A stretch of 64,000 bases of DNA from Bacteroidales bacterium (GTDB taxonomy: Bacteria > Bacteroidota > Bacteroidia > Bacteroidales > UBA932), in assembly GCA_017423025.1 (NCBI GenBank), contig JAFPGC010000030.1, positions 9,133-73,132 of the forward strand, in the 5' to 3' direction. How positions within the stretch are numbered: the first letter of the stretch is position 1; every line of letters begins with the position of its first letter. Below are positions 46,301 to 57,605 of this stretch, piece by piece. The notes under the pieces were generated by a model that saw only the letters and a program-made list of their open reading frames with translations, searched no databases and had not been told where the DNA came from. A program made the translations under genes and the position numbers.

Positions 46301-47539
46301 TCCTGCTTCGAGGGCATCTACGGTGTGTCTGACGGAGAGGTCTGGGGTGTGAAGCAGCAGCTCAAGGCCAAGCTCATCGCCTTCCTGCGCGAGCGTCTGC
46401 AGGACAAGACCATCAGCAACCATTACAGCCCGTCCCAGATTGTGACCATTCTGGAGAACCTGCGCGACGACGTGCTCACCATCGGTTTCGCCCGCCGTTT
46501 CGCTACCTACAAGCGTGCTACGCTGCTGTTCCGTGACCTGGACCGTCTGGACAAGATTGTGAACAATCCCGCCCAGCCCGTGCAGTTCCTCTTTGCCGGT
46601 AAGGCCCATCCGGCCGACAAGGCAGGTCAGGACCTCATCAAGCAGATCGTGGACATCTCCAAGGATCCCCGCTTCATCGGCAAGATTGTGTTCGTGCCCG
46701 GTTACGACATCACGCTGGCCAAGCGCATGGTCCAGGGCGTGGATGTGTGGATGAACAACCCCACCCGTCCCCAGGAAGCTTCCGGTACCTCCGGCGAGAA
46801 GGCGGCCATGAACGGCACCATGCACTTCTCCGTTCTGGACGGCTGGTGGGTCGAGGGCTACAAGGAAGGCGCCGGCTGGGCCCTTCCCATCGAGCAGGCC
46901 TACGAAGACAACAACTTCCAGAACGAGCTGGATGCCGCTACCATCTACCAGATTCTGGAGAACGATATTGCTCCCGCGTATTATAATGTAGACCGCACCA
47001 CGGGCCGCAGCTCCGAGTGGATTGGCTACATCAAGAATACCATCGCCAAGGTGGCCTGCAACTTCACCACCAACCGCATGCTCACGGACTACATCAACCA
47101 GTACTACGAGCCCCAGTCCAAGGATGTCAAGAAGATGATAGCCAAGGACTACGCCAAGGCCCGCGAACTGGCTGCCTGGAAGAACCGCGTGCGCCGCGAG
47201 TGGGAGAACGTGACTGTGATTTCCCGCAGCCAGTCGGCCACTACCTACGATCTCACCATGGCAACCCCGTACCACGCAGAGATGGAGCTCCAGCTGGGTT
47301 CCCTCACGCCGGACGAGGTGGGTCTGGAGGCCGTTTTCGCCCAGGCTGATGTCCACGGAAAGCTGCACATCGTAGACGTGCAGGAGTGCAAGGTGGAGAG
47401 CTTCAAGGACGGCGTGGCCAAGTACACCGCAGAAGTGCTGCCGGAGAAGACCGGCGCCTACCAGGTGGGGGCCCGCGTGTTCGCCAAGCACCCGCTTCTG
47501 CCTCACCGTCAGGCTTTTGAGTGCGTCAAGTGGCTGTAG
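43301..47539 (+). CDS. glgP: Fused GT3 glycogen synthase - GT35 alpha-glucan phosphorylase
   Basis: N-terminal GT3 motifs FEVSWEVCNKVGGIYTV, FTTHAT, GRYEYRNKG, FPSYYEPWGYTPLE; C-terminal GT35 motifs YFCMEYG, YSGGLGILAGD, NEGH, FARRFATYKRA, EASGTSGEK (PLP Lys). Confidence 0.93.
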   Translation: MAKKNELLQADYLFEVSWEVCNKVGGIYTVIATKALHLQSELGRRHIFIGPDVWMHRTDNPDFLEDPMLYRSWKAQALTEGLTLRIGRWNIPGKPVAILVDYKQHLPEADTILGDLWTEFGVDSLSGNWDYKESAVFGVLAGRVIESFYNYNLKGGEKVVAQFHEWQTGAGVLELKKSSVPVATVFTTHATMMGRCLAGNNLPLYDHIEQYNGDEMARRFNVMAIYSLEKVSAQNADAFTTVSEITAKECEQFLGRPVDVVTPNGFENSFTPASDKEYERLHDAARDRLVQVATAMSGEEVPSNAIFIGIGGRYEYRNKGIDVFIDALDKLNESNYEGRSIQAFIMIPSGHHGPDKELVAKLSGNGNPEYRTQTSHYLMNAEYDTVTGRLREVGLTNALGDKVKVYFIPSYLNGDDGVFNMPYYDLLCGLDLALFPSYYEPWGYTPLEALAFRVPTLTTTLAGFGMWVRSHYKGKHPGITVLDRDDNNYSQVVDGVMARIREIAELDLDQRNAYRENARKVAQIALWANQIVYYQKAYSLALNKVLGQIDTYKSQKKTMQYFKADVTSPSWRSILVTRHLPEKLSRLEKLSKNLWWCWNESAKDLFKSIDPDVWHKSGHNPLVVLDTVSIKRFQQLSEDKDFLARMKSVLDEFDTYMAAKSQRKDPSIAYFCMEYGLDTSLKIYSGGLGILAGDYLKETSDMNTNLVAVGLLYRYGYFNQVLSAQGYQVAGYDAQDFTKIPAVPVMDKDGNWVTTSVAFPGRNITARLWKVEVGRTDLYLMDADYEANRAEDREVTYHLYGGSWENRLKQELLLGVGGIRALRKLGLDPQVYHCNEGHAAFIGLERLREYIEKDNLDFSEALEVVRASSLFTTHTPVPAGHDAFEEPLLRQYIGHYPGRLKIDWETLMSLGKDNPLDPNEKFSMSNLAANISQNINGVSMLHGKVSQEIFSHMYPGYLPEELFVSYVTNGVHYPTWCAPEWKPVHARVFGPAFATHHYDKSCFEGIYGVSDGEVWGVKQQLKAKLIAFLRERLQDKTISNHYSPSQIVTILENLRDDVLTIGFARRFATYKRATLLFRDLDRLDKIVNNPAQPVQFLFAGKAHPADKAGQDLIKQIVDISKDPRFIGKIVFVPGYDITLAKRMVQGVDVWMNNPTRPQEASGTSGEKAAMNGTMHFSVLDGWWVEGYKEGAGWALPIEQAYEDNNFQNELDAATIYQILENDIAPAYYNVDRTTGRSSEWIGYIKNTIAKVACNFTTNRMLTDYINQYYEPQSKDVKKMIAKDYAKARELAAWKNRVRREWENVTVISRSQSATTYDLTMATPYHAEMELQLGSLTPDEVGLEAVFAQADVHGKLHIVDVQECKVESFKDGVAKYTAEVLPEKTGAYQVGARVFAKHPLLPHRQAFECVKWL

Positions 47540-48414
47540 TAACCACCGGCTTTTTTGACGGAGTCCATCTGGGACACCGTCATGTCTTGGAGACCGTGGT
47601 CTCCTCTGCCCGTGAAAGGGGAGAGGAGGCCATTGTGGTCACATTCTGGCCGCATCCGAGGGCAGTGTTGCAGCAGGACGCCCGCGAGTTCCGGCTCCTG
47701 AGCAGCCTGGAAGAGAAGAAGGAGCGTCTGTTGGCCTGCGGCATAGACCGCGTGGAGGTGCTCCCGTTCACCCGCGAGTTTGCCGCCATGAAGGCCGATG
47801 AATACCTTCATCTCCTTCGCACCCGCTTCGGGACCACCCTCGTCGTAATGGGGTATGACAACCGGATCGGCTCCGATCATCTGACCGCCGCTGCGTGTGC
47901 GGAATTGCCCGAATCTGCTCACCGGATGGACTTTTCGGTGCTTGCGTGTGCAGAATTGCCCGATTTGGCTCACGGAGGAGCCGTATCCAGTACCCAGATC
48001 CGGAATGCGCTGGAGGAAGGGGATGTGGAACGGGCCAACGGGATGCTGGGATATAACTATGAGCTGTATGGCGTTGTGGTGGCGGGCAACCGGCTGGGGA
48101 GGACCATCGGCTTCCCCACGGCCAATATGCAATTGTATGAGCCGCTGAAACTGGTCCCCTGCAATGGCGTGTATGCCGTTGAAGTGGAGGTACAGGGCCG
48201 ATTTTATAAGGGGATGTGCAATATCGGCCTAAGGCCTACGGTGGACGGGAAGGTCCGTACCATTGAGACGCACATCCTGGACTTTAATGAAGAGATTTAC
48301 GGTCTGCCGCTGCGGCTGGGTTTCCTGCGCCGCATCCGCGACGAACGCAAGTTCCCCTCGCTGGAGGCGCTGAAGGAGCAGCTGGTGAAAGACCGGGAAG
48401 CCTGCCACCGCTAA
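47530..48414 (+). CDS. ribF: Bifunctional riboflavin kinase/FAD synthetase
   Basis: GFFDGVHLGH, TFWPHP, VSSTQIR, GRTIGFPTAN, NIGLRPT, IETH, RIRDERKF. Start uncertain (GTG at 47521 or 47530, overlapping the glgP end). Confidence 0.94.
   Translation: MAVVTTGFFDGVHLGHRHVLETVVSSARERGEEAIVVTFWPHPRAVLQQDAREFRLLSSLEEKKERLLACGIDRVEVLPFTREFAAMKADEYLHLLRTRFGTTLVVMGYDNRIGSDHLTAAACAELPESAHRMDFSVLACAELPDLAHGGAVSSTQIRNALEEGDVERANGMLGYNYELYGVVVAGNRLGRTIGFPTANMQLYEPLKLVPCNGVYAVEVEVQGRFYKGMCNIGLRPTVDGKVRTIETHILDFNEEIYGLPLRLGFLRRIRDERKFPSLEALKEQLVKDREACHR
47892..47973. repeat. Two imperfectly palindromic 31-bp direct repeats inside ribF
   Basis: TGCGTGTGCGGAATTGCCCGAATCTGCTCAC (47892-47922) and TGCGTGTGCAGAATTGCCCGATTTGGCTCAC (47943-47973). 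Confidence 0.7.
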
Positions 48415-48429
48415 TAGACTGTAAACCTT

Positions 48430-49812
48430 ATGGAGAAGTTTGTCTCTACCCTTAATGACATAGTCTGGAACCCCGGACTGGTCGGGCTGCTGCTCATTGC
48501 GGGCCTGTATTTCTCTTTCCGCACACGGCTGGTGCAGGTGAGGCGTTTCGGCCTCATGCTGCGCTCGCTGCTGGGCAAGAAGCAGGGTAAAGACGGAATC
48601 TCCTCCTTTGAAGCCTTCTGCATAGCCCTTTCCAGCAGGGTAGGTACCGGAAACATAGTGGGTGTGGCTACGGCCATAGCCTATGGCGGTCCCGGAGCCG
48701 TGTTCTGGATGTGGGTGGTGGCGTTTTTCGGTGCTTCCACGGCCTTTGTGGAATCTACCCTTTCCCAGCTTTACAAGTTCCCGCACGCTTATGGTTACCG
48801 GGGCGGTCCTTTCAGTTTTATTGAGAAAGGACTGGGAAAACGCTGGCTGGGCGTTGTCTTTGCCATCATTACCCTCATCTGCTGCGGATCCTTCCTGGTG
48901 ACGGTGCAGGCCAACGGGGCATCGGCCTCTATGAATAACGCCTTCCCCGTTCCGCCGCTTGCCACGGGAATTGGCATGGCGGTGCTCATGGCCATTGTCA
49001 TTATCGGCGGTGTCCAGCGCATTGCCAAGGTGGCTTCCATCGTAACCCCGCTCATGGCCCTGGGCTACATTATCATGGCCCTGGTGGTGGTGTGTTCCCA
49101 TATTCAGGATGTTCCGGCCGTCTTGGGCCTTATCTTCCGCAGCGCTTTTGGAATGGACCCCCTGTGCGGCGGTATCATCGGCAGCACCATCGCCATGGGC
49201 GTGAAACGCGGTATTTTCTCCAATGAGGCGGGGCAGGGGACGGGGGCCATCGCATCGGCCGCGGCCGATGTGCGCCATCCCGCCCAGCAGGGCCTGGCAC
49301 AGGCGTTTTCCGTGTATGTGGATACGCTTTTTGTCTGTACCGCCACGGCCCTTATGATCCTATGCTCCGGTACCTACAACATCCTGGACGGCCAGGGCGG
49401 AATGCTGGTGCAGAACGCCCCGGAACTGGGCAACAACTACGCGGGCTTCACCCAGAGCGCAGTGGACACTGTGTTTGCGGGCTTCGGAAGCCAGTTTGTA
49501 TCCATCGCCATGCTGTTTTTCACCTTCAGCACCATCATGGCGTATTATTTCTATGCCGAATCCAGCATCTTGTTCCTGTTCAAGGGCCGCGTTTCTTCTT
49601 CCCGGGAGAAGCTTTTGGTCCGAGTGCTACAGGTGGTCCTTATCTTGGCCATTCTCTTTGGGGCGGTCAAGGAGGCCGACCTGGTCTGGATGCTGGGAGA
49701 CATTGGCGTAGGGCTCATGGCCTGGGTCACGGTCATCACCATCCTGATTCTGTGTCCCAAAGCTTTGGATGCGCTGAAAGACTATGAACAAGGATTGAAA
49801 ATCAAAAAATAA
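48430..49812 (+). CDS. Alanine/glycine:cation symporter (AGCS family)
   Basis: RVGTGNIVGVATAI, GGPGAVFWMW, RGGP, GVKRGIFSNEAGQG, DTLFVCTATA. Confidence 0.94.
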   Translation: MEKFVSTLNDIVWNPGLVGLLLIAGLYFSFRTRLVQVRRFGLMLRSLLGKKQGKDGISSFEAFCIALSSRVGTGNIVGVATAIAYGGPGAVFWMWVVAFFGASTAFVESTLSQLYKFPHAYGYRGGPFSFIEKGLGKRWLGVVFAIITLICCGSFLVTVQANGASASMNNAFPVPPLATGIGMAVLMAIVIIGGVQRIAKVASIVTPLMALGYIIMALVVVCSHIQDVPAVLGLIFRSAFGMDPLCGGIIGSTIAMGVKRGIFSNEAGQGTGAIASAAADVRHPAQQGLAQAFSVYVDTLFVCTATALMILCSGTYNILDGQGGMLVQNAPELGNNYAGFTQSAVDTVFAGFGSQFVSIAMLFFTFSTIMAYYFYAESSILFLFKGRVSSSREKLLVRVLQVVLILAILFGAVKEADLVWMLGDIGVGLMAWVTVITILILCPKALDALKDYEQGLKIKK

Positions 49813-49816
49813 TTTC

Positions 49817-49824
49817 TATCTTTG
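49817..49824 (+). promoter_or_regulatory. -7 element of greA
   Basis: TATCTTTG, 70 nt upstream of greA ATG. Confidence 0.7.
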
Positions 49825-49833
49825 TGGTGACAT

Positions 49834-49872
49834 ATAGCTCGACGGCCTTAACCGGTCGTCGGCTGTTTTTTT
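49834..49872 (+). terminator. Intrinsic terminator located between the putative promoter and greA (possible attenuator)
   Basis: ATAGC-T-CGACGGCC-TTAACC-GGTCGTCG-GCTGT followed by a T6-7 run. Confidence 0.7.
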
Positions 49873-49894
49873 GACAACGAAAACAAAACGATAT

Positions 49895-50362
49895 ATGCCT
49901 ATCGAAATGATGACACAGGCCGGTCTTGACAAGCTCAAGCAGGAACTGGCCGAAGCACTGGCCCAGCGGCCGGTGATTTCCGCAGCCATTGCGGAAGCCC
50001 GTGAGAAGGGAGACCTCTCCGAGAACGCAGAGTACGACGCCGCGCGCGACGCGCAGGGCCTGCTGGAGGTGAAGATTGCCCGCCTGAAGGAAAAGGTGGC
50101 CAACGCCCGCGTCATTGACGAGAGCAAGCTGTCGGCCGATTCTGTGCAGCTCCTTTCCAAGGTAAAGGTGAAGAACCTGGCCAACAAGATGGTCATGAAC
50201 TTCCAGATTGTCCCCGAGAGCGAGGCGGATTTTTCCAAGGGTCTTCTGGCTGCCACAACACCCATCGGCAAAGCCCTCATGGGGCACAGCAAGGGCGAAA
50301 CCGTTGAGGCCAAGGTGCCCAGCGGCGTCATGAAGTTCGAAATCCTGGAAATCTCCCTCTAA
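49895..50362 (+). CDS. greA: Transcription elongation factor GreA
   Basis: AREKGDLSENAEYDAA, TPIGKALMG, VPSG. Confidence 0.96.
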   Translation: MPIEMMTQAGLDKLKQELAEALAQRPVISAAIAEAREKGDLSENAEYDAARDAQGLLEVKIARLKEKVANARVIDESKLSADSVQLLSKVKVKNLANKMVMNFQIVPESEADFSKGLLAATTPIGKALMGHSKGETVEAKVPSGVMKFEILEISL

Positions 50363-50368
50363 ACAACC

Positions 50369-50773
50369 ATGGCAACCATTTTCACCAAGATCGCCCAAGG
50401 CGAAATTCCGTCCTACAAGTGCGCGGAAAGTGAAGATTTCTACGCCTTCCTGGACATCTCCCCGCTGGCCAAGGGTCACACCCTGGTCATTCCCAAGCAC
50501 GTGGAAGACGACTACATCTTCCACCTGGACGCCAAGACCTACGAAGGCCTGTGGGCCTTTGCCCGCAAAGTGGCCATGGCGCTTAAGAACGCCGTTCCCT
50601 GCCAGCGCGTAGGCGTGGCGGTGCTGGGAATGGAAGTGCCCCACACGCACATCCACCTGGTGCCTCTCCAGACGGAAGGAGACATGGATTTCCGCAAAGC
50701 CAAGCTCAAGCTGGAGGCCGATGAGATGAAGAGTATTGCCCAAAAAATCCTGGAAGAATATGAGAAGCTTTAA
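50369..50773 (+). CDS. HIT family protein
   Basis: TIFTKI, AFLDISP, GHTLVIPK, VPHTHIHLVP. Confidence 0.94.
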   Translation: MATIFTKIAQGEIPSYKCAESEDFYAFLDISPLAKGHTLVIPKHVEDDYIFHLDAKTYEGLWAFARKVAMALKNAVPCQRVGVAVLGMEVPHTHIHLVPLQTEGDMDFRKAKLKLEADEMKSIAQKILEEYEKL

Positions 50774-51869
50774 GCTCGCAGCCGCTGCTGCCCTGGCTAT
50801 TCTGGCAGCCGCCTGCGGTAAGAATACCCAAATTGAAGGAACCCTGCACGAGACCCCGGACAGCCAGGTCATCGTGAAACTGCTGGACGTGAACCGTTTC
50901 CAGGTGCTGGACACCGTGAAAACGGACGCCAAGGGTCATTTTTCCTATTCCCTGGACCTCAAGGAGGCCCAGCCGGAGTTCGTTTACCTGTACTACGGAG
51001 ACCGTCAGATTGCCTCCCTCCTGCTTCAGAAGGGTGACAAGGTAAAGGTGGAAACCGACACCCTGGGTGTCTATAGCGTGGAAGGTTCCGAAGAATCCCT
51101 CAAACTGCAGAAGGTAGAGCAGGAGTACAACTCCTTTATGGCCGATGTCAACCAGATCCTTGCCAGGGACTTCACTCCCGAAAGCCAGCTGAGCCGCCGT
51201 TACGTAGCATATTACCGCGACCGCGTGGCCTATGTGCTGGGCAACAGCAAGTCCCTCACCGTGGTTCCCGTGCTGTTCCAGCAGGTGAATCCCACCTTCC
51301 TGGTGTTCAGCCAGCCCACCGACGGTATCATGATGCAGGCCATCTGCGATTCCCTCAAGACGGTTTATCCTGAGTCCCGCTATGTGCACGCCCTTGAGAA
51401 AGAGGCCCAGCGCCGCTTATCGGCCATGGAGATGAACAACCGGCTCAAGAATGCCGATGAAGTTGGCTATATTGATATCAACCTCCCCGGCATCGACGGC
51501 AAGAACATCAAGCTCTCCGAAAAACTGGGCAAGGTGACCATGCTCTATTTCTGGCAGGCCACTACCGAGCAGAAAATGTTCAATCTGGATGCCCTGGTGC
51601 CCATTTATGAGCAGTTTGCCAACAAGGGCTTCGAGGTGTACGCCGTGTCCTTGGACAGCGACAAGGCCGCCTGGGCTTCCGCCGTCCGCAACCAGAAGCT
51701 CCCGTGGGTGAACGTCTGTGATACCCGCGGCGCCCAGTCTCCTTATGTGGGGGCTTACGGCATCGGCAGCCTGCCCATGGTCTGGTTCATCGTGGATGGA
51801 AACATCGACAACGATGCCCGGGTACGCAATGCCGCCGAGATTAAGGAATACCTGCGCAGAAAGCTGTAA
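50760..51869 (+). CDS. TlpA/AhpC-TSA-fold lipoprotein (DUF4369-like N domain) lacking CxxC
   Basis: Lipobox LAAAC; C-terminal Trx fold (MLYFWQ, KGFEVYAVSLD, LPWVNV, YGIGSLP). Confidence 0.8.
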   Translation: MRSFKLAAAAALAILAAACGKNTQIEGTLHETPDSQVIVKLLDVNRFQVLDTVKTDAKGHFSYSLDLKEAQPEFVYLYYGDRQIASLLLQKGDKVKVETDTLGVYSVEGSEESLKLQKVEQEYNSFMADVNQILARDFTPESQLSRRYVAYYRDRVAYVLGNSKSLTVVPVLFQQVNPTFLVFSQPTDGIMMQAICDSLKTVYPESRYVHALEKEAQRRLSAMEMNNRLKNADEVGYIDINLPGIDGKNIKLSEKLGKVTMLYFWQATTEQKMFNLDALVPIYEQFANKGFEVYAVSLDSDKAAWASAVRNQKLPWVNVCDTRGAQSPYVGAYGIGSLPMVWFIVDGNIDNDARVRNAAEIKEYLRRKL

Positions 51870-52543
51870 TGGCCCGTATTCTCTTAATTGAAACTTCTAC
51901 ATCGGTCCTGTCCGTGGCACTTGCCCAGGATGGGACCGTTGTCAGTGAACGCGTGTGCACGGAACCCCGGATGCAGGCTTCCCTCACGGCCCCGCTGGTG
52001 AAGGAGGTGCTGGATGAGGCCGGCCTCAGCGCCAAGGATTGCGATGCCGTGTGCGTGAGCTCCGGTCCCGGTTCCTACACCGGCCTCCGCGTAGGGGTGT
52101 CCACCGCCAAGGGCCTGGCCTTTGGTGCCAACATCCCATTGCTGTCCATGTGCACGCTGGATATCCTGGTTGACAGCATTGAGGATCGGCCCTCTTTCAT
52201 CGTGCCCATGATAGACGCACGCCGGATGGAAGTATACACGGCGGTTTATTCGGCCGATGGAAAGCGGCTTACTGAAGTGGAAGCGAAGGTGATTGGTCCG
52301 GACTCTTTTGCGGAGTATCTGGAGCAGGGAGAGGTCCTTTTCGTGGGCGACGGTGCCCTCAAGTGCAAGGACGTCATCGGCCACCCCAATGCCCGCTTCC
52401 AGGAGACTTTTCCGCTGGCACGGCACATGGCGAAAGGAGCCCAGAAGGCCTTTGACGAAGGAAAATTCGAGAATCTGGCGTACTTTGAGCCCTTCTATCT
52501 GAAGGATTTCATCGCCACGGTTTCCAAGAAAAACCTCTGGTAA
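51869..52543 (+). CDS. tsaB: tRNA t6A biosynthesis protein TsaB
   Basis: LIETST, GPGSYTGLRVG, PMIDARRMEVY, FEPFYLK. Confidence 0.95.
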   Translation: MARILLIETSTSVLSVALAQDGTVVSERVCTEPRMQASLTAPLVKEVLDEAGLSAKDCDAVCVSSGPGSYTGLRVGVSTAKGLAFGANIPLLSMCTLDILVDSIEDRPSFIVPMIDARRMEVYTAVYSADGKRLTEVEAKVIGPDSFAEYLEQGEVLFVGDGALKCKDVIGHPNARFQETFPLARHMAKGAQKAFDEGKFENLAYFEPFYLKDFIATVSKKNLW

Positions 52544-53041
52544 TCAGGAAGCAGTTGCAATTAATCCCTTCAGGTAGGGGAAAACGAAATATCCAAAATC
52601 TTTGAGAGCTCCGTAGAGCAGGGATTCCTGCAATACGGGGCTTTTTACAAGTCCGAACTTGACGTTCACCGAGTCGAAGAGAATAATGAGAAGGCCTATG
52701 ACAAGGGCCGATACGGCAATGCTGAACACCAGCCCCAGCACCTTGTTGAGCCAGCCCAGGGAGGCCTTTTCCACGGCTGCGGTAATGAGTTTGGCCACAA
52801 ACATGACCACCAGCAGCACCCCCACCAGCACCGCGGCGAATCCCAGCACGTTCAGGAGGGTCTCCGATACGGTGATGTAGTTCTTGAGCCAGTTGCAGGC
52901 AACCCCCGAAAACTTGAAGGCCAGGTACACACTTAACACAATGCCTACCAGCGAGATAGCCTGTTCGATGAAGCCCTTGGACATACCCCGGACGATGCCC
53001 GGGATAAAGAGGATGAGGATAATGATGTCCAGCGTGTTCAT
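52544..53041 (-). CDS. CvpA (colicin V production) family membrane protein
   Basis: MNTLDII...RGMSKGFI, LGWLNKVLG, ESLLY; four TM helices. Confidence 0.88.
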   Translation of the reverse strand: MNTLDIIILILFIPGIVRGMSKGFIEQAISLVGIVLSVYLAFKFSGVACNWLKNYITVSETLLNVLGFAAVLVGVLLVVMFVAKLITAAVEKASLGWLNKVLGLVFSIAVSALVIGLLIILFDSVNVKFGLVKSPVLQESLLYGALKDFGYFVFPYLKGLIATAS

Positions 53042-53110
53042 GGCTTGCTGAAGTCAGTATTAATTATTAACTTTGTGGAATATTATTTAGGATACAAAAA
53101 TAACAAAAAA

Positions 53111-56539
<3,429 letters not shown>

Positions 56540-56543
56540 CTAT

Positions 56544-56945
56544 ATGGAAGAGAACAACAAGACCCGCTATTCTGACGAGGAACTCGAGGAGTTCCGCGGC
56601 ATTATCAACGAGATGTTGGATAAGGCACGTGCAGAGTATAACACCTTGAGGGATGCTATGACCCACGCCGGTGGGAACGATATCCTGGACACCGCCCCTA
56701 CCTTCAAGACCGTAGAAGACGACGGCGCCTTCCAGCTCTCCAAGGAAGAAGCCGGTGCGCTGGCCCAGCGTCAGTACAAGTTCATCCAGAACCTGGAAGC
56801 CGCTCTGGTGCGCATCGAGAACAAGACCTACGGCATCTGCCGTGTAACTGGCAAGCTCATCCCAAAGGAGCGCCTGCGTCTTGTCCCGCACGCCACCACC
56901 ACGGTAGAAGGTAAAGCCATCCTGGAAAAGAGCGGCAAGAAGTAA
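56544..56945 (+). CDS. dksA: TraR/DksA family transcription factor
   Basis: ALVRIENKTYGICRVTGKLIPKERLRLVPHAT; ileS-dksA-lspA order is typical of Bacteroidota. Confidence 0.88.
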   Translation: MEENNKTRYSDEELEEFRGIINEMLDKARAEYNTLRDAMTHAGGNDILDTAPTFKTVEDDGAFQLSKEEAGALAQRQYKFIQNLEAALVRIENKTYGICRVTGKLIPKERLRLVPHATTTVEGKAILEKSGKK

Positions 56946-57544
56946 TGGCTAGCCGTCTTTCCAAAGGCTCCTGGCTGCTGCTCCTGGGTATCCTGCTGGT
57001 TGTCATCGATCAGGTTATCAAAGTCCTGGTCAAGACCAACATGACCCTGGGGCAGCACTATTCTGTGCTGGGAGACTGGTTCCAGATCCTATTCGTAGAG
57101 AACAAGGGGATGGCCTTTGGGATGGCTTTTGGCGGAGCCGTGGGCAAATATTTCCTCACGGTTTTCCGCATCGTCCTGTTTGGCGCCCTCTGCTGGTGGA
57201 TATCTTCCCTCATCAAGCGCGGAACAGTCCCCACCGGGGTCCTTGTGGGCCTGACGCTCATTACGGCCGGCGCCTTCGGCAACATCGTCGACTGCCTGTT
57301 CTACGGACTCATCTTTACGGAGTCCACCTACGAAACCGTGGCTACGCTGGGTTCGTATGCGCCCTTCATGCAGGGGAAGGTGGTAGACATGTTCTACTTC
57401 CCCCTCTGGACCTGGCCGGATTGGGTTCCTGGCCTGGGAGGCCATATCTTCTTTGAACCCGTGTTCAACTTCGCCGACAGTTGTGTAACCTGCGGCGCCA
57501 TCTATCTGATTCTCTTCCACTGGAAGTTTTTTGCAAAGGAATAA
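56945..57544 (+). CDS. lspA: Lipoprotein signal peptidase II
   Basis: DQVIK, ENKGMAFG, GAFGNIVD, VVDM, PVFNFADS. Confidence 0.95.
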   Translation: MASRLSKGSWLLLLGILLVVIDQVIKVLVKTNMTLGQHYSVLGDWFQILFVENKGMAFGMAFGGAVGKYFLTVFRIVLFGALCWWISSLIKRGTVPTGVLVGLTLITAGAFGNIVDCLFYGLIFTESTYETVATLGSYAPFMQGKVVDMFYFPLWTWPDWVPGLGGHIFFEPVFNFADSCVTCGAIYLILFHWKFFAKE

Positions 57545-57605
57545 CACCCGCACTTCCGGGGCAGCCTTTCGTCTTCTACTTGATAAACAGTTTTTATAAT
57601 ATACC

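Noticed and set aside
43319-47506. 1395-aa minus-strand ORF opposite the synthase-phosphorylase gene
   Set aside because: Mirror-frame shadow with the same extent as the real gene and no recognisable domain.
47892-47973. 31-bp repeats with a 20-bp spacer as a mini CRISPR array
   Set aside because: Only two degenerate copies, in frame inside ribF, spacer too short, no cas genes or leader.
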